Position numbers and translations under genes: made by a program
Notes under the pieces: generated by a model
Seen by the model: only the letters and a program-made list of their open reading frames with translations
What the model was told of the DNA's origin: nothing
Database searches by the model: none
Shown here: one piece after another, positions 8,917 through 18,426 of the stretch
How positions within the stretch are numbered: position 1 is the stretch's first letter
Layout of the letters: each line of letters begins with the position of its first letter
NCBI GenBank assembly: GCA_052168235.1
Contig: JBQLZK010000098.1
Coordinates: 1 to 18,426, forward strand
DNA: 18,426 bases
Direction: 5' to 3'
Source of the DNA: Thainema sp.
GTDB taxonomy: Bacteria; Cyanobacteriota; Cyanobacteriia; Phormidesmidales; Phormidesmidaceae

Positions 8917-9300
8917 ATGTTTGGCTCAGTTCAACAAAGTAATCTTCGTATTGAGGTTGAAGCGTCTCGAACTCAAATTCAAGACAGCTTAACTTGTCCC
9001 GCATTATTACAGGAATGGTTATGGCCCCAGCGCCTATCACCCGGATTACCCGATCGGCTAGCACCCAATTTAAGCTTTACCAGTTGGATTGGCCCGATCG
9101 CTGTTCAACATCATGTCAGTCATTTAACTGACCACAGCTTGCAGCTGATCCTCAGTCAGGGAATTGACGGCTTTCATCAGTGGACGTGGGGCGAGGGCTG
9201 GGTGCAGTCCCGTTTAGAGGGCGTATCCGTGCTGCCGCTAAACATGGGGCAAACTATTGCGCTAATGAATCTGCGTCGTTTTCTAGCTCAGCAAAGTTAG
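8917..9300 (+). CDS. Conserved cyanobacterial hypothetical protein (possibly SRPBCC-like)
   Basis: MFGSVQQSNLRIEVEAS...LSQGIDGFHQWTWGEGWVQSRLEGVSVLPLNMGQT resembles a conserved ~127-aa cyanobacterial family (recalled). ATG 8917 preferred over TTG 8845. Confidence 0.75.
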   Translation: MFGSVQQSNLRIEVEASRTQIQDSLTCPALLQEWLWPQRLSPGLPDRLAPNLSFTSWIGPIAVQHHVSHLTDHSLQLILSQGIDGFHQWTWGEGWVQSRLEGVSVLPLNMGQTIALMNLRRFLAQQS

Positions 9301-9327
9301 CTCAATGCTCAGCCCCTTGTCTTGCTG

Positions 9328-9352
9328 GGGTGGATTTCTGAGAAATTCACCC
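9328..9352. terminator. 11-bp hairpin between convergent genes
   Basis: gggtggatttc-tga-gaaattcaccc, with one G.U pair on the + strand. Confidence 0.5.
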
Positions 9353-9453
9353 AAAGTAGCAGACTTTGCGGACGGTTAAAACAGATTGCTCGTTCGCACT
9401 GCAAAGCTATTACATCCTTTCCCTAAACAGCAGCTATACATTGATATTGATTC

Positions 9454-9527
9454 TTAGCACTCAGCACTCAGAAGCGTGAGGGATAAGAAGTGAGGCGAAC
9501 TACAGCTCAGCACCCAGTACTCAGCGC
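9454..9527. repeat. Two degenerate heptamer tandem tracts (STRR-like, TCAGCAC)
   Basis: ttagcac-tcagcac-tcagaag (9454-9474) and tcagcac-ccagtac-tcagcgc (9507-9527). Confidence 0.55.
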
Positions 9528-9578
9528 TGATCTGATCTGAAGTGTTGAATTGTAGAACTAGTACTACCTCGCTGCAAG

Positions 9579-10004
9579 TTATCGAGGTTTGACAACCAGC
9601 ACTGAACAAGGTGCGTCTGTCACGACTTGACCACTGACTGAGCCTTGTAAAATTCGGTTCATACCCGTCAAACCTCGGCTACCGATAATAATCAAATCAG
9701 CGTGATAAATATTGGCTAGACGAATAATTTCCTCGGCTGGATCGCCATTCACCACTTCAAGCTCGCTCGGATGGCCAATTTGTTCCTGATATTCTCCCAG
9801 CGTCCGTTCGGCCTGACGATACAGTGGCTCGGATGAATCGGACTGAGGACGATCAGCGGATTGCTCTAAATCTTGATTATCAGTAGGAAGGACATGTGCC
9901 AAAACGACTTTAGCCTCGGGGGGCAGCTTGAGCATATTCAACATGGCAACAATCGACTCTGACAGTTCCGAACCGTCGAGAGCCACTAGAACGGCATTTA
10001 GCAC
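9579..10004 (-). CDS. Universal stress protein (UspA family)
   Basis: VLVALDGSELS, GDPAEEI, ADLIIIGSRGLTGMNRILQGSVS, APCSVLVVK; GTG start with AAGGAG SD. Confidence 0.93.
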   Translation of the reverse strand: MLNAVLVALDGSELSESIVAMLNMLKLPPEAKVVLAHVLPTDNQDLEQSADRPQSDSSEPLYRQAERTLGEYQEQIGHPSELEVVNGDPAEEIIRLANIYHADLIIIGSRGLTGMNRILQGSVSGQVVTDAPCSVLVVKPR

Positions 10005-10468
10005 AAATCTGTCTCCTTTTTACTTAATGCTGAAGATAGCATCTAATTCAACATTCGGTTTATGTTCTCAACCTGTTTGTTCAAGTTATAGGGGGTGAGT
10101 AATGAGGTGTTGTGGAGTAAGCAAGGATGCGATCGCACTTTACAGAAACTAGAACTAACTAGAACTCTGTTTGACAAACAAATCGAGTTGGAAAGTCAAT
10201 TTAGGTCGAGAACTGGTTGAGAAAAACTTGAATTTTCAACTTGGACAACCAGTCTAGAATCACGATTTTTGTTTAGGTGATTGAACTTAGGTAATGATTT
10301 TCATTCCCCTTGAAGACCTGCCTTTACTTTTGCGATATATAAAGTTTCTTATTGCTTTGTGATCCAAATTAACTTTTGAATCATGTCGTCCATCTACAAG
10401 CGGTGAAAGCGGGATACTAAGGGTGTTCTCTACATAAGCTACCTGTTTTACAGGAGGAGCGCCGAAAG

Positions 10469-10669
10469 ATGAACCATAAATTTGAAGTGTTTGTTGATAC
10501 GGTTGAGTACAACGGAACACAAAACAGCACTGCAACTCTAGCAGAAGCTCGCTACGAAATCGATGCAGACTCACGCCTGCAAGCCTACAGCTCGGCTCGT
10601 GTACGGGCTGAACATGATCACCCCACCGCTACTGAGTACAACATCCGTGTAACGCGAGTTCTTCACTAA
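10469..10669 (+). CDS. Small hypothetical protein (66 aa)
   Basis: AGGAGG SD about 10 nt upstream of the ATG; protein-like beta/alpha pattern; hairpin downstream. Confidence 0.72.
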   Translation: MNHKFEVFVDTVEYNGTQNSTATLAEARYEIDADSRLQAYSSARVRAEHDHPTATEYNIRVTRVLH

Positions 10670-10746
10670 CGCGCTTTTGGAATTAATTTAGTTGTCTAGG
10701 CGTTAGTGCTGCCAGCGATAGATCTACTCACATTTTGTAAAACTAA

Positions 10747-10798
10747 AACGCAGAAGAGGAAAGTGCTGCATTTGTGTAGCGCTTTCCTCTTCTGCGTT
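10747..10798. terminator. 24-bp stem-loop between convergent genes (CAGAAGAGG family)
   Basis: aacgcagaagaggaaagtgctgca-tttg-tgtagcgctttcctcttctgcgtt; both deviations are G.U pairs on the + strand. Confidence 0.75.
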
Positions 10799-10799
10799 C

Positions 10800-11774
10800 T
10801 CAAGCTGAATTGCGTGTGGCATAAGCGGCCATTGGTTCTTTAATCAAGCGGATATAAAGATGCTTGAAGGTGGAGCGAATCACGCGGGGCATTCCGAAAT
10901 CGATCGGCTGGAGCTGTTGGGGCAGTTGCCAATCGTCAACTTGTAGATCAGTGGGTTGCGCCAGTGGAAAGCTGATGTCTGCTAAGGGAGGACAGTAACC
11001 CAGACGCTGAGCTGCGGCAATGGTCGGTACTTGATTGGGATCAGCACCTAAAACTTCAACCAGTGCCCGATCAAGGGCAAAGATGTGACTTGATGCAGCC
11101 AGCAGTCCCAGTTCGCGGGGTTCACCACCGCTGGGCCCATTGCCTTCATGACCAATGATGCCGTCCACAATAGCTAGGTCAGGATTAATAGCGCGAGCTG
11201 TTTCGACCAGCATTTCACCAAAGCGATCGCAATCTTTGCCCGCTTCCATGTGCCACCAAGCCTTCATCTTGCCAGGAACGCAACCAAAGAGGTTTTTAAC
11301 GCCCAATGTCAACGTTAGCTGACAGTGTGATTTAACTTTGGGTAAATTAATCACCACGTCGGCTTCCATCGCCTCTTTGCACAGCCGCAGGTGGCCAAAT
11401 TCAGGGTTGTCTACCGTATAGCGCTGCCCATGTAGCTCGATGATGGGCAGATCGAGCGCTTCAATTAGCGGTAAGTAACCGTTGGCTTCAGCCACGCCTC
11501 TGGCGCTGCCGAAAGCTGGACTATCGGCTAAGAACGGTTTGCCGCCTAATTCCTGCACCATTTGAGCCACGCAGTATACAATCTCAGGTCGAGTCGTACA
11601 TTCTTTACCGGGACGGGCACCCGTCAGCAGATTGGGCTTAAGCAAAACGCGATCGCACGGTTTGACAAAGGCAGACAACCCACCGAGCGGTTCGAGTACG
11701 GCGGTGATTGACTGGCGCAATGCATCAAGTTCGTAGGAATGGGCCTCTAGGAGGCTAACAGCGGCAGAGGTCAT
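10800..11774 (-). CDS. DUF362 domain-containing protein
   Basis: DRVLLKPNLL, TTRPEIV, ADVVINLPKVKSH, LTLGVKNLFGCVPG, IVDGIIGHEGNGPSGG. ATG 11774 (MTSAAVSL) preferred over TTG 11864. Confidence 0.88.
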   Translation of the reverse strand: MTSAAVSLLEAHSYELDALRQSITAVLEPLGGLSAFVKPCDRVLLKPNLLTGARPGKECTTRPEIVYCVAQMVQELGGKPFLADSPAFGSARGVAEANGYLPLIEALDLPIIELHGQRYTVDNPEFGHLRLCKEAMEADVVINLPKVKSHCQLTLTLGVKNLFGCVPGKMKAWWHMEAGKDCDRFGEMLVETARAINPDLAIVDGIIGHEGNGPSGGEPRELGLLAASSHIFALDRALVEVLGADPNQVPTIAAAQRLGYCPPLADISFPLAQPTDLQVDDWQLPQQLQPIDFGMPRVIRSTFKHLYIRLIKEPMAAYATRNSA

Positions 11775-11988
11775 TGGCTTTATATTGTTGATGATCGTTG
11801 ATGCGATTTTAATCTTTAGGATAAAAGATTTCAGAATTTCGTCCAGGTTGATCGTAAATTGCAAAACGCAGGAGACAAATATCGTCCCCTGCGTTGCGAT
11901 TAAACCAAATTGAAAGCTGTTGAACAGTTAAGTTATCACAACAGCAATTTTTAGGATTGTGGATTAAAGCCTGTAAACCTTTCCACCC

Positions 11989-12017
11989 GTAGGGACACGG
12001 CAATGCCGTGTCCCTAC
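11989..12017. repeat. GTAG-type REP / short dispersed palindromic repeat downstream of petH
   Basis: gtagggacacggca-a-tgccgtgtccctac: perfect 14-bp arms, GTAG...CTAC ends. Confidence 0.8.
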
Positions 12018-12051
12018 CCCAAAGATTTCTACCTTATTAAATCCACGTTCC

Positions 12052-14086
<2,035 letters not shown>

Positions 14087-15097
14087 ATGACCAGTAAGCC
14101 AGATCGCGTGGTTTTAATCGGTGTCGCCGGGGATTCCGGATGTGGTAAATCAACCTTTCTTCGTCGGCTAGAAGAGATTTTTGGGAAGGACTTTATGACG
14201 GTCATCTGTCTGGATGACTATCACAGTCTAGACCGGAAGCAGCGTAAGGAAGCGGGTGTCACTGCGCTAAATCCGAAGGCGAATAACTTCGATCTGATGT
14301 ATGAACAGATCAAGGCTTTGAAAGAAGGCAATCCAATTGATAAGCCAATTTACAACCACGAGACTGGTGAGATTGACCCACCAGAGCGGGTCAATCCGAA
14401 TCGGGTAATTGTGATCGAAGGGTTGCACCCGATGTACGATGAGCGGGTGCGATCGCTGTTAGATTTCAGCGTCTACCTCGACATCAGCGATGACGTGAAG
14501 ATTGCCTGGAAGATTCAGCGCGACATGGCTGAACGTGGCCACTCTTACGAAGACGTGCTGGCTTCGATCAACGCCCGTCGCCCCGATTTCGAAGCCTATA
14601 TCGACATCCAGAAGCAGTACGCTGATGTTGTTATCCAAATTCTGCCCACCAACCTGGTACCGGAAGATCAAGACAAAGAGCGCAAGATCCTGCGCGTTCG
14701 TCTGCTCCAGAAAGAGGGCATTGAGGGCTTCGATCCCGTTTACCTGTTTGACGAGGGTTCCACCATTGACTGGATTCCTTGTGGACGTAAATTAACCTGC
14801 TCCTATCCTGGTATCCGGATGCACTACGGCCCGGACAGCTACTACGGTAACGAGGTTTCTGTTTTAGAAGTTGACGGTAATTTCGAGCGTTTAGAAGAGC
14901 TAATCTACGTCGAGAGCCACCTCAGCAACACCTCCACCAAGTTCTACGGTGAGATGACCGAACTCTTGCTGAAGCACCGTGAGTATCCCGGTTCCAGCAA
15001 TGGCAGTGGTTTGTTCCAGATCCTGGTTGGTCTGAAGATGCGTGCAACCTACGAGCGCCTAACGGCAACCACTGTGCCTCAAGCGGCTAGCGTTTAA
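14087..15097 (+). CDS. prk: Phosphoribulokinase (cyanobacterial/plant class)
   Basis: P-loop GVAGDSGCGKST, VICLDDYHSLDR, KIQRDMAERGH, PCGRKLTCSYPG; both redox Cys pairs present; agagg SD. Confidence 0.98.
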   Translation: MTSKPDRVVLIGVAGDSGCGKSTFLRRLEEIFGKDFMTVICLDDYHSLDRKQRKEAGVTALNPKANNFDLMYEQIKALKEGNPIDKPIYNHETGEIDPPERVNPNRVIVIEGLHPMYDERVRSLLDFSVYLDISDDVKIAWKIQRDMAERGHSYEDVLASINARRPDFEAYIDIQKQYADVVIQILPTNLVPEDQDKERKILRVRLLQKEGIEGFDPVYLFDEGSTIDWIPCGRKLTCSYPGIRMHYGPDSYYGNEVSVLEVDGNFERLEELIYVESHLSNTSTKFYGEMTELLLKHREYPGSSNGSGLFQILVGLKMRATYERLTATTVPQAASV

Positions 15098-15157
15098 GTT
15101 CAGGCAAGTACTGGTAAAACAGTCCAACTGACTGTCAAAGATTAGGTTCAAAACCCG

Positions 15158-15200
15158 AACAGGCGGGGAGTGCTTAGCATTCTCCGCCTGTTTTATTATT
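15158..15200 (+). terminator. Rho-independent terminator of prk
   Basis: aacaggcggggagtgc-tta-gcattctccgcctgtt (two G.U pairs) followed by ttattatt. Confidence 0.8.
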
Positions 15201-15361
15201 GACTGGATTGGTTGGGCTGTTTTTTATGGCTGCACGACGGTTATGTTTTAGTGGCGATGCTGGCAACTCTGATCTGTAGATGGCTGAAGTGGTTAAGGTT
15301 GATGATGCTCATCCACAGGCTGGGGGACACGTAAAGTTGGCGGATTTGTCTAGCACTGGTC

Positions 15362-15388
15362 GGCTTAGCAGGCTTAGCAGGCTTGGCT
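15362..15388. repeat. 9-mer tandem repeat (about 3 copies)
   Basis: ggcttagca-ggcttagca-ggcttggct. Confidence 0.6.
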
Positions 15389-15432
15389 AAGCTAGGTGGT
15401 GTAGGTTTCTAGTTTTGTGAATCAGAGTTTTA

Positions 15433-16248
15433 ATGGTTACATCAATTTCGCCTCCCTATTTTTCTGGATTTGAGTCGCTGTCTGCTGACCAGCAGGCCAA
15501 GCTCGATCCAGATGGGCATCCGGCGCTGTATTCATCTGCGACACCGACAACTGCGATCGCAGTTTGTCTACATGGTTTTACAGGCATGCCCTACGAGGTG
15601 AAACCCGTTGCCGAAGCTTGTACCAGGTATGGGCTGGATGCCGTTACGCCTTTATTACCTGGACATGGTTATACAGAACGGCGTGATCAGCAACGAGAAT
15701 TTGCTCAAATCACCCGAGATATTATGCTGGAGGCTGCTCGCCAGGAAATTACTAAGGCAAGGCAGCGGTATGACTGGGTCGGAGTATTTGGCCTATCGAT
15801 GGGAGGTGCGATCGCACTAGCAATGGCCAGCGAGGGATTAGTGGATGCCTGTGCAGTTGCGGCACCTTGTTTACGTTTGCCGCGTCGGGCTGAAATTTTG
15901 GTACCGCTGTTGGGTTGGGCCAACTTTTCTGTCGAAAACACAGGAAGCCAATCTTTTTATTTGCCATGCTACAAGTTTTATCACTCTTGGGCCGTGCGGG
16001 AACTGTGGAAAATTGCCCGTCATGCACGTCAGAGATTAGCTCAAGTTACTTGTCCAACATTGGCGATTCACACTCATAATGATCGAACTGTACCAGCCAG
16101 TGCGACTGAATTTGTTGCACAACAGGTAACTGGTCCGGTCAAAACAATTTGGTTCGATGAATCGGGACACTGTATGCCGCTAGATGTCAAAGGGGCTGAA
16201 GTATCTGCTCAAGTTGCCGAATTTTTAGCCTGTGAATCCCGTCAATAG
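15433..16248 (+). CDS. Alpha/beta hydrolase (carboxylesterase / monoacylglycerol lipase-like)
   Basis: CLHGFTG oxyanion loop, LPGHG, nucleophile GLSMGG, acid D in HNDRTVP, His in ESGHCM. Confidence 0.92.
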   Translation: MVTSISPPYFSGFESLSADQQAKLDPDGHPALYSSATPTTAIAVCLHGFTGMPYEVKPVAEACTRYGLDAVTPLLPGHGYTERRDQQREFAQITRDIMLEAARQEITKARQRYDWVGVFGLSMGGAIALAMASEGLVDACAVAAPCLRLPRRAEILVPLLGWANFSVENTGSQSFYLPCYKFYHSWAVRELWKIARHARQRLAQVTCPTLAIHTHNDRTVPASATEFVAQQVTGPVKTIWFDESGHCMPLDVKGAEVSAQVAEFLACESRQ

Positions 16249-16269
16249 CGCTCGGTAATCCTCAAAAGA

Positions 16270-16318
16270 TAATATTTTTGGGGCATGTAGACAGTGCCTA
16301 CACGCCCCAAAATTATTA
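16270..16318. repeat. About 23-bp imperfect inverted repeat downstream of the hydrolase gene
   Basis: taatatttttggggcatgtagac-agt-gcctacacgccccaaaattatta; the two core deviations are A.C on + but G.U on -. Confidence 0.7.
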
Positions 16319-16400
16319 CCTGAATACCATTACCTAACGCTAAACTTAGCAATTATTTCTGTTGAGTGTGAACAGTCTGCAATCATGATGCGCAAAACAA

Positions 16401-16994
16401 ATGGAAGGCTCATTTCAAAAATCTAGCTTGGGCTGGCAAATATCTCAGCTTCAGCGGCGAGTAACAGAGTGGATTGAACTGCGATTTTCTCCACCCGAAG
16501 TTGAGACGCCAGATTGGTCGCCAAACTGGGCGATCCCAGAATGGATTACCAAAGCCATTTTCTGGAGCATCGTGTCGGTTCTGGCGGTTTGGTTACTGTG
16601 GCAGCTGTATTTACTACTGCGACCCTACTGGCAGCAGTGGCGATCGCAAACCTGGCAGCGGATGAATCGCCTCAATCAGCCAGCGGGAACGGAACACAGT
16701 GTGTCTTACTGGCTGAAGCAGGCAACGGAATTACAGCAGGCGGAAAACTATACAGAAGCCTGTCGCGCACTCTATATGGCGATGTTGCAGCGACTGCATG
16801 AAACTCAAGTCATTCCCAATCAAATCAGCCGCACCGATGGCGAGTACCTACGACTGGTGGATGAACTACCCCAACCGCGCCCTTATCAGCTGTTGTTGCG
16901 CACCCATGAGCGCATTTGTTTTGCGGGAACAACGATGACGGCTGAAATTTTCCAGCGCTGCCGTCGAGCCTATGAGGAGATAGTGAAACAATGA
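16401..16994 (+). CDS. DUF4129 domain membrane protein
   Basis: One TM helix, then YTEACRALYMAMLQRL...SRTDGEYL...HERICF, which is the DUF4129 pattern. Confidence 0.85.
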   Translation: MEGSFQKSSLGWQISQLQRRVTEWIELRFSPPEVETPDWSPNWAIPEWITKAIFWSIVSVLAVWLLWQLYLLLRPYWQQWRSQTWQRMNRLNQPAGTEHSVSYWLKQATELQQAENYTEACRALYMAMLQRLHETQVIPNQISRTDGEYLRLVDELPQPRPYQLLLRTHERICFAGTTMTAEIFQRCRRAYEEIVKQ

Positions 16995-18091
16995 TCCGAT
17001 CTCGGCGCGTGTGGCTAGTGGCTGGTCTATTTGTAGTGGTGCTGATTGTGATGTCGCTGGTGACAGCTCCGGCTAGTAATAAGCTGCTCCAGGGGTCTAC
17101 CTACAGCCGATTTCCAAGCGGATACGGGGCGTGGTATGCCTACATGCAGCAGCATTCAGCAACGATTGAGCGCTGGCAGAAGCCGTTAGAACAGCTACAG
17201 GAGCAAACGGCAGCAGAAGATGTCCCAACAACCTTAATTCGCATCAGCCCGCTCTCCTATGTCTGGTCATGGCAGGCGGACTATTCCTGGGTGGAAGAGG
17301 GCAATACGCTGATTTTGGTGGGCAATCCTGCACCTGTGAGTGAAGCGGATTTTATGACGCAACAAGAGAGTGAGGAGGGGCTGGTTCAAATCGATACCCG
17401 TCGTCGCGAGACCGAATTGGAGGATGCCACTGTGCTGTTGGGGGATGAGTATGGTGCGATCGCATGGCAAATTCCACAGGGAGCGGGACAGTTAATTGTG
17501 ATCATTCCGCCCTATATTGCTGCCAATGCATATCAGGATGAATCCGGTAACTTTGCTTTTTTGGCCGGTCTGGCGGAGCAAGCAGGCGGCAAAATTTGGG
17601 TGGATGAGTACCTGCATGGTTATCAAGACGCTGATGCAGAGACTACGGAAGAAGCCACGGGTTCATGGATCGCCTATTTGGCTCAGACGCCGTGGAGCTT
17701 GGTTCTATTGCAAGCGGTCGTGATTATTCTGGTTGCGCTGTTGGCTAGCTACCGGCGGTTGGGGCATGCGCTTGCGTTACCGTCAGTGGAAGTCAACAAC
17801 AGCGAAGCTTATATGCAGGCGCTGGCCCAGGTTTTGCGGAAGGCGAAAAGTCAAGCCTTTCTTGTTGACACCATTGCAAAAGAAGAGCGTCTGCAGCTCC
17901 AGCGCAAGCTCGGTTTAGGAATACAGCCCGTTGATGATCAAAAACTGGTGGAAACCTGGACACAGAAAACAGGCCGTCCTGCGACTGAACTGCAGCAAAT
18001 TTTGCACCCACCTGTTCAGATTCAGTCACTACGAGAATCGGATCTGATGGACTGGTTGCGACGCTTACAGACAGCGCGATCGCAGATTTAA
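16991..18091 (+). CDS. DUF4350 domain membrane protein
   Basis: N-terminal TM, GSTYSRFPSGYGAWY, WVEEGNTLILVG, IWVDEYLHG, second TM then RRLG; ATGA overlap with the DUF4129 stop (translational coupling). Confidence 0.85.
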   Translation: MIRSRRVWLVAGLFVVVLIVMSLVTAPASNKLLQGSTYSRFPSGYGAWYAYMQQHSATIERWQKPLEQLQEQTAAEDVPTTLIRISPLSYVWSWQADYSWVEEGNTLILVGNPAPVSEADFMTQQESEEGLVQIDTRRRETELEDATVLLGDEYGAIAWQIPQGAGQLIVIIPPYIAANAYQDESGNFAFLAGLAEQAGGKIWVDEYLHGYQDADAETTEEATGSWIAYLAQTPWSLVLLQAVVIILVALLASYRRLGHALALPSVEVNNSEAYMQALAQVLRKAKSQAFLVDTIAKEERLQLQRKLGLGIQPVDDQKLVETWTQKTGRPATELQQILHPPVQIQSLRESDLMDWLRRLQTARSQI

Positions 18092-18176
18092 TTTTTGTCA
18101 CATGGGTTCGCTAGCACAGAAAAAAGGGGCAAGCTAAGAAATAACTTTACTCCTGACAAAAACTAGGGGCCGTTCA

Positions 18177-18368
18177 ATGGCGAGAGTTTTAATTGGTAGC
18201 GTAATTGCGATCGCACTAGCTGTCTTCGCGTTTCAGACCTTCATGAAAACGAGCAGCAGTCCTGTTTCTGGTGAAGATGAGCCAATTGTTGAATCAAGCC
18301 AGCAAAAAATTGACGATGCGCTGGAGAAAGAAACCGAACGGATGCAAGAGTTGAATAACGTTGAGTAG
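18177..18368 (+). CDS. Small single-TM hypothetical protein (63 aa)
   Basis: agggg upstream of the ATG; N-terminal hydrophobic helix followed by an acidic, coiled-coil-like tail. Confidence 0.65.
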   Translation: MARVLIGSVIAIALAVFAFQTFMKTSSSPVSGEDEPIVESSQQKIDDALEKETERMQELNNVE

Positions 18369-18426
18369 TACTTGCACGTTGATGGCATTCAGTTAAAGCC
18401 CAGGCTAATTCCGTGAAACATTGACG

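Noticed and set aside
10287..10574. 95-aa minus-strand ORF
   Set aside because: Overlaps the better-supported 10469..10669 gene, which has a strong SD.
11775..11864. 30-aa N-terminal extension of DUF362
   Set aside because: AT-rich promoter-like sequence with a TTG start; the domain begins after ATG 11774.
15362..15388. 9-mer tandem repeat as a phase-variation or iteron signal
   Set aside because: Only two perfect copies, in intergenic DNA; most simply a slippage duplication.

Overview
Chromosomal core region of a cyanobacterium: 20 copies of HIP1 (GCGATCGC), petH with a CpcD-like domain, prk and psb35. A filamentous Leptolyngbya-like host is a guess only. Gene order: SpkA-like Ser/Thr kinase, oligopeptidase A, SAM methyltransferase, SRPBCC protein, VOC/glyoxalase-like protein, Psb35, PAP2 phosphatase, small secreted protein, conserved hypothetical, universal stress protein, 66-aa hypothetical, DUF362 protein, petH and prk (divergent), alpha/beta hydrolase, DUF4129-DUF4350, small membrane protein. 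I found no transposase, CRISPR array, tRNA or rRNA, and no clear new multi-gene system. The unusual signals are in the DNA itself: (i) HIP1 is mostly an extended 10-mer, TGCGATCGCA (13 of 20), and appears to have overwritten conserved residues; (ii) base composition and codon third-position skew flip locally, often near HIP1; (iii) several families of palindromic mini-elements occur in the intergenic regions; (iv) a GGAT-rich multi-hairpin ncRNA candidate lies at about 6220-6470. All family assignments come from motif recognition, not database searches.
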